7,287 nucleotides of DNA, taken from NCBI RefSeq assembly GCF_006345805.1, contig NW_021828870.1:1-7287 (forward strand), in the 5' to 3' direction. Of this stretch, positions 6,377-7,287 are shown piece after piece. The notes below the pieces were generated by a model. That model did not search any database. It was given only the letters and a program-made list of their open reading frames with translations, and was not told the origin of the DNA. Origin of the DNA: Octopus sinensis. Lineage: Eukaryota. How positions within the stretch are numbered: the stretch's first letter is position 1; each line of letters opens with the position of its first letter. Both the position numbers and the translations under genes were made by a program.

Positions 6377-6617
6377 CTCTTTTACTATCCTATATCTCTC
6401 TCCACCCTACACACTCAATAACACTATAAAAGAGACGAATCCCTCACAAAAATTCAAATCTGAAGAATTCACTAGAGTAGATGCAAGCGCTAATATATGA
6501 TTTATAAAAACACGTGACATATTAATAAAAAATCTGTAAATGTACAAACATCCAGATTTCTGATTACCTTATTTTTTCCTAATATATAATACCTATACAT
6601 CACCTCCAAACCTTCTA

Positions 6618-6639
6618 ATATATATATATATATATATAT
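6618..6639. repeat. (TA)11 microsatellite
   Basis: Read directly. Confidence 0.95.
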
Positions 6640-6789
6640 TTCTCATCAGAATCACATACTATGCTGTTTGATCCTTCTGCTTGACATCATAGACGAATGT
6701 CACTTACTATACGCTGGGGTAGACTCAAATATTGTAAAAGTAACTGGAGAAACGGAAACTGTTTGAATGCATTTCCGAAGAATTGCACT

Positions 6790-6955
6790 TATAAACTGAA
6801 TCTGCAGCCTTGCACAAGCTGTCACCCGCTAATTCTGCGTGGGATTGCGTTAACATTACATGTATTTGTAGAATGCTCAGCCTTATACACGTTAATTCAA
6901 TGAGCGGGAAGTACAGTTGATCGAACAACCGGATACACAACGTCGAAAAGAGACC
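6790..6955 (+). mobile_element. Decayed 3' half of SINE family A
   Basis: Colinear anchors to the 425-739 copy: TGTCACCCGCTA (6820) vs TGTCACGCTA (601); TAGAATGCTC (6869) vs TAGAGTGCTT (644); GTTGATCGAACAACCGGA (6916) vs GTTTATCGGATCAACTGGA (689). Confidence 0.6.
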
Positions 6956-6961
6956 AATGTA

Positions 6962-7228
6962 GACACACACTCACACAGTCACATGCACACAGTCACATGC
7001 ACATATACACAAACACACGCACACACACGCAGACGTGCATACACACATACGTATAAGTATATATGCAAGTATGCACGTGTGTTTATGTGTGTGCATAGTT
7101 ATATAATTACACACACACATATGTATATATATATATACATATATATTATATAATATATCAGAGACACACACACATATATATAATACCTATATATACATAC
7201 ATATATACATCTGTGTATTTATATGAGC

Positions 7229-7287
<59 letters not shown>
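6962..7287. repeat. Compound (CA)n/(TG)n/(TA)n microsatellite running to the window end
   Basis: Read directly. Confidence 0.96.

Noticed and set aside
6642-6652. Exact CTGATGA on the minus strand (also near 4516-4522), plus CTGAGGA at 11 and CTGAAGA at 6459
   Set aside because: None is followed by a stem II hairpin plus GAAA and a stem III. These are chance heptamers.
198-7171. All supplied ORFs (60-116 aa)
   Set aside because: Most are Y/I/C/V/M/H/T- or L/S-rich translations of dinucleotide repeats. The rest run through SINE copies or show no recognisable domain. None has coding-like composition.

Overview
Non-coding, repeat-saturated eukaryotic DNA. I find no credible protein-coding gene, RNA gene or CRISPR array. 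The supplied ORFs are almost all translations of microsatellites or decayed SINEs. Roughly a third of the window is simple repeat: (CT)n, (TA)n, (CA/TG)n and (TATG)n. Much of the rest is two tRNA-headed SINE families. Family A has one near-complete copy at 425-739 and two decayed relatives. Family B has a young nested/tandem cluster at 2454-3074 plus several old fragments. There is also a probable non-autonomous Helitron/Helentron-type (HINE/Lep1-like) element at about 5320-5520. The SINE sequences and microsatellite density look like an octopod cephalopod (Octopus) genome; this is from recall and not verified. The most interesting signals are: (1) an 89-bp palindrome at 5971-6059 whose centre and arms spell overlapping, degenerate minimal hammerhead-ribozyme motifs on both strands, possibly a Penelope-like element relic; (2) a short unique island at about 3440-3610 with a full CTCF-consensus match, a 12-bp palindrome and a CCAAT box; (3) a SINE inserted antisense into another copy of the same family with a 15-16 bp target-site duplication; (4) a SINE relic in which the family's small hairpin is extended into a longer perfect stem. 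None of these is a demonstrated new system; all are leads.
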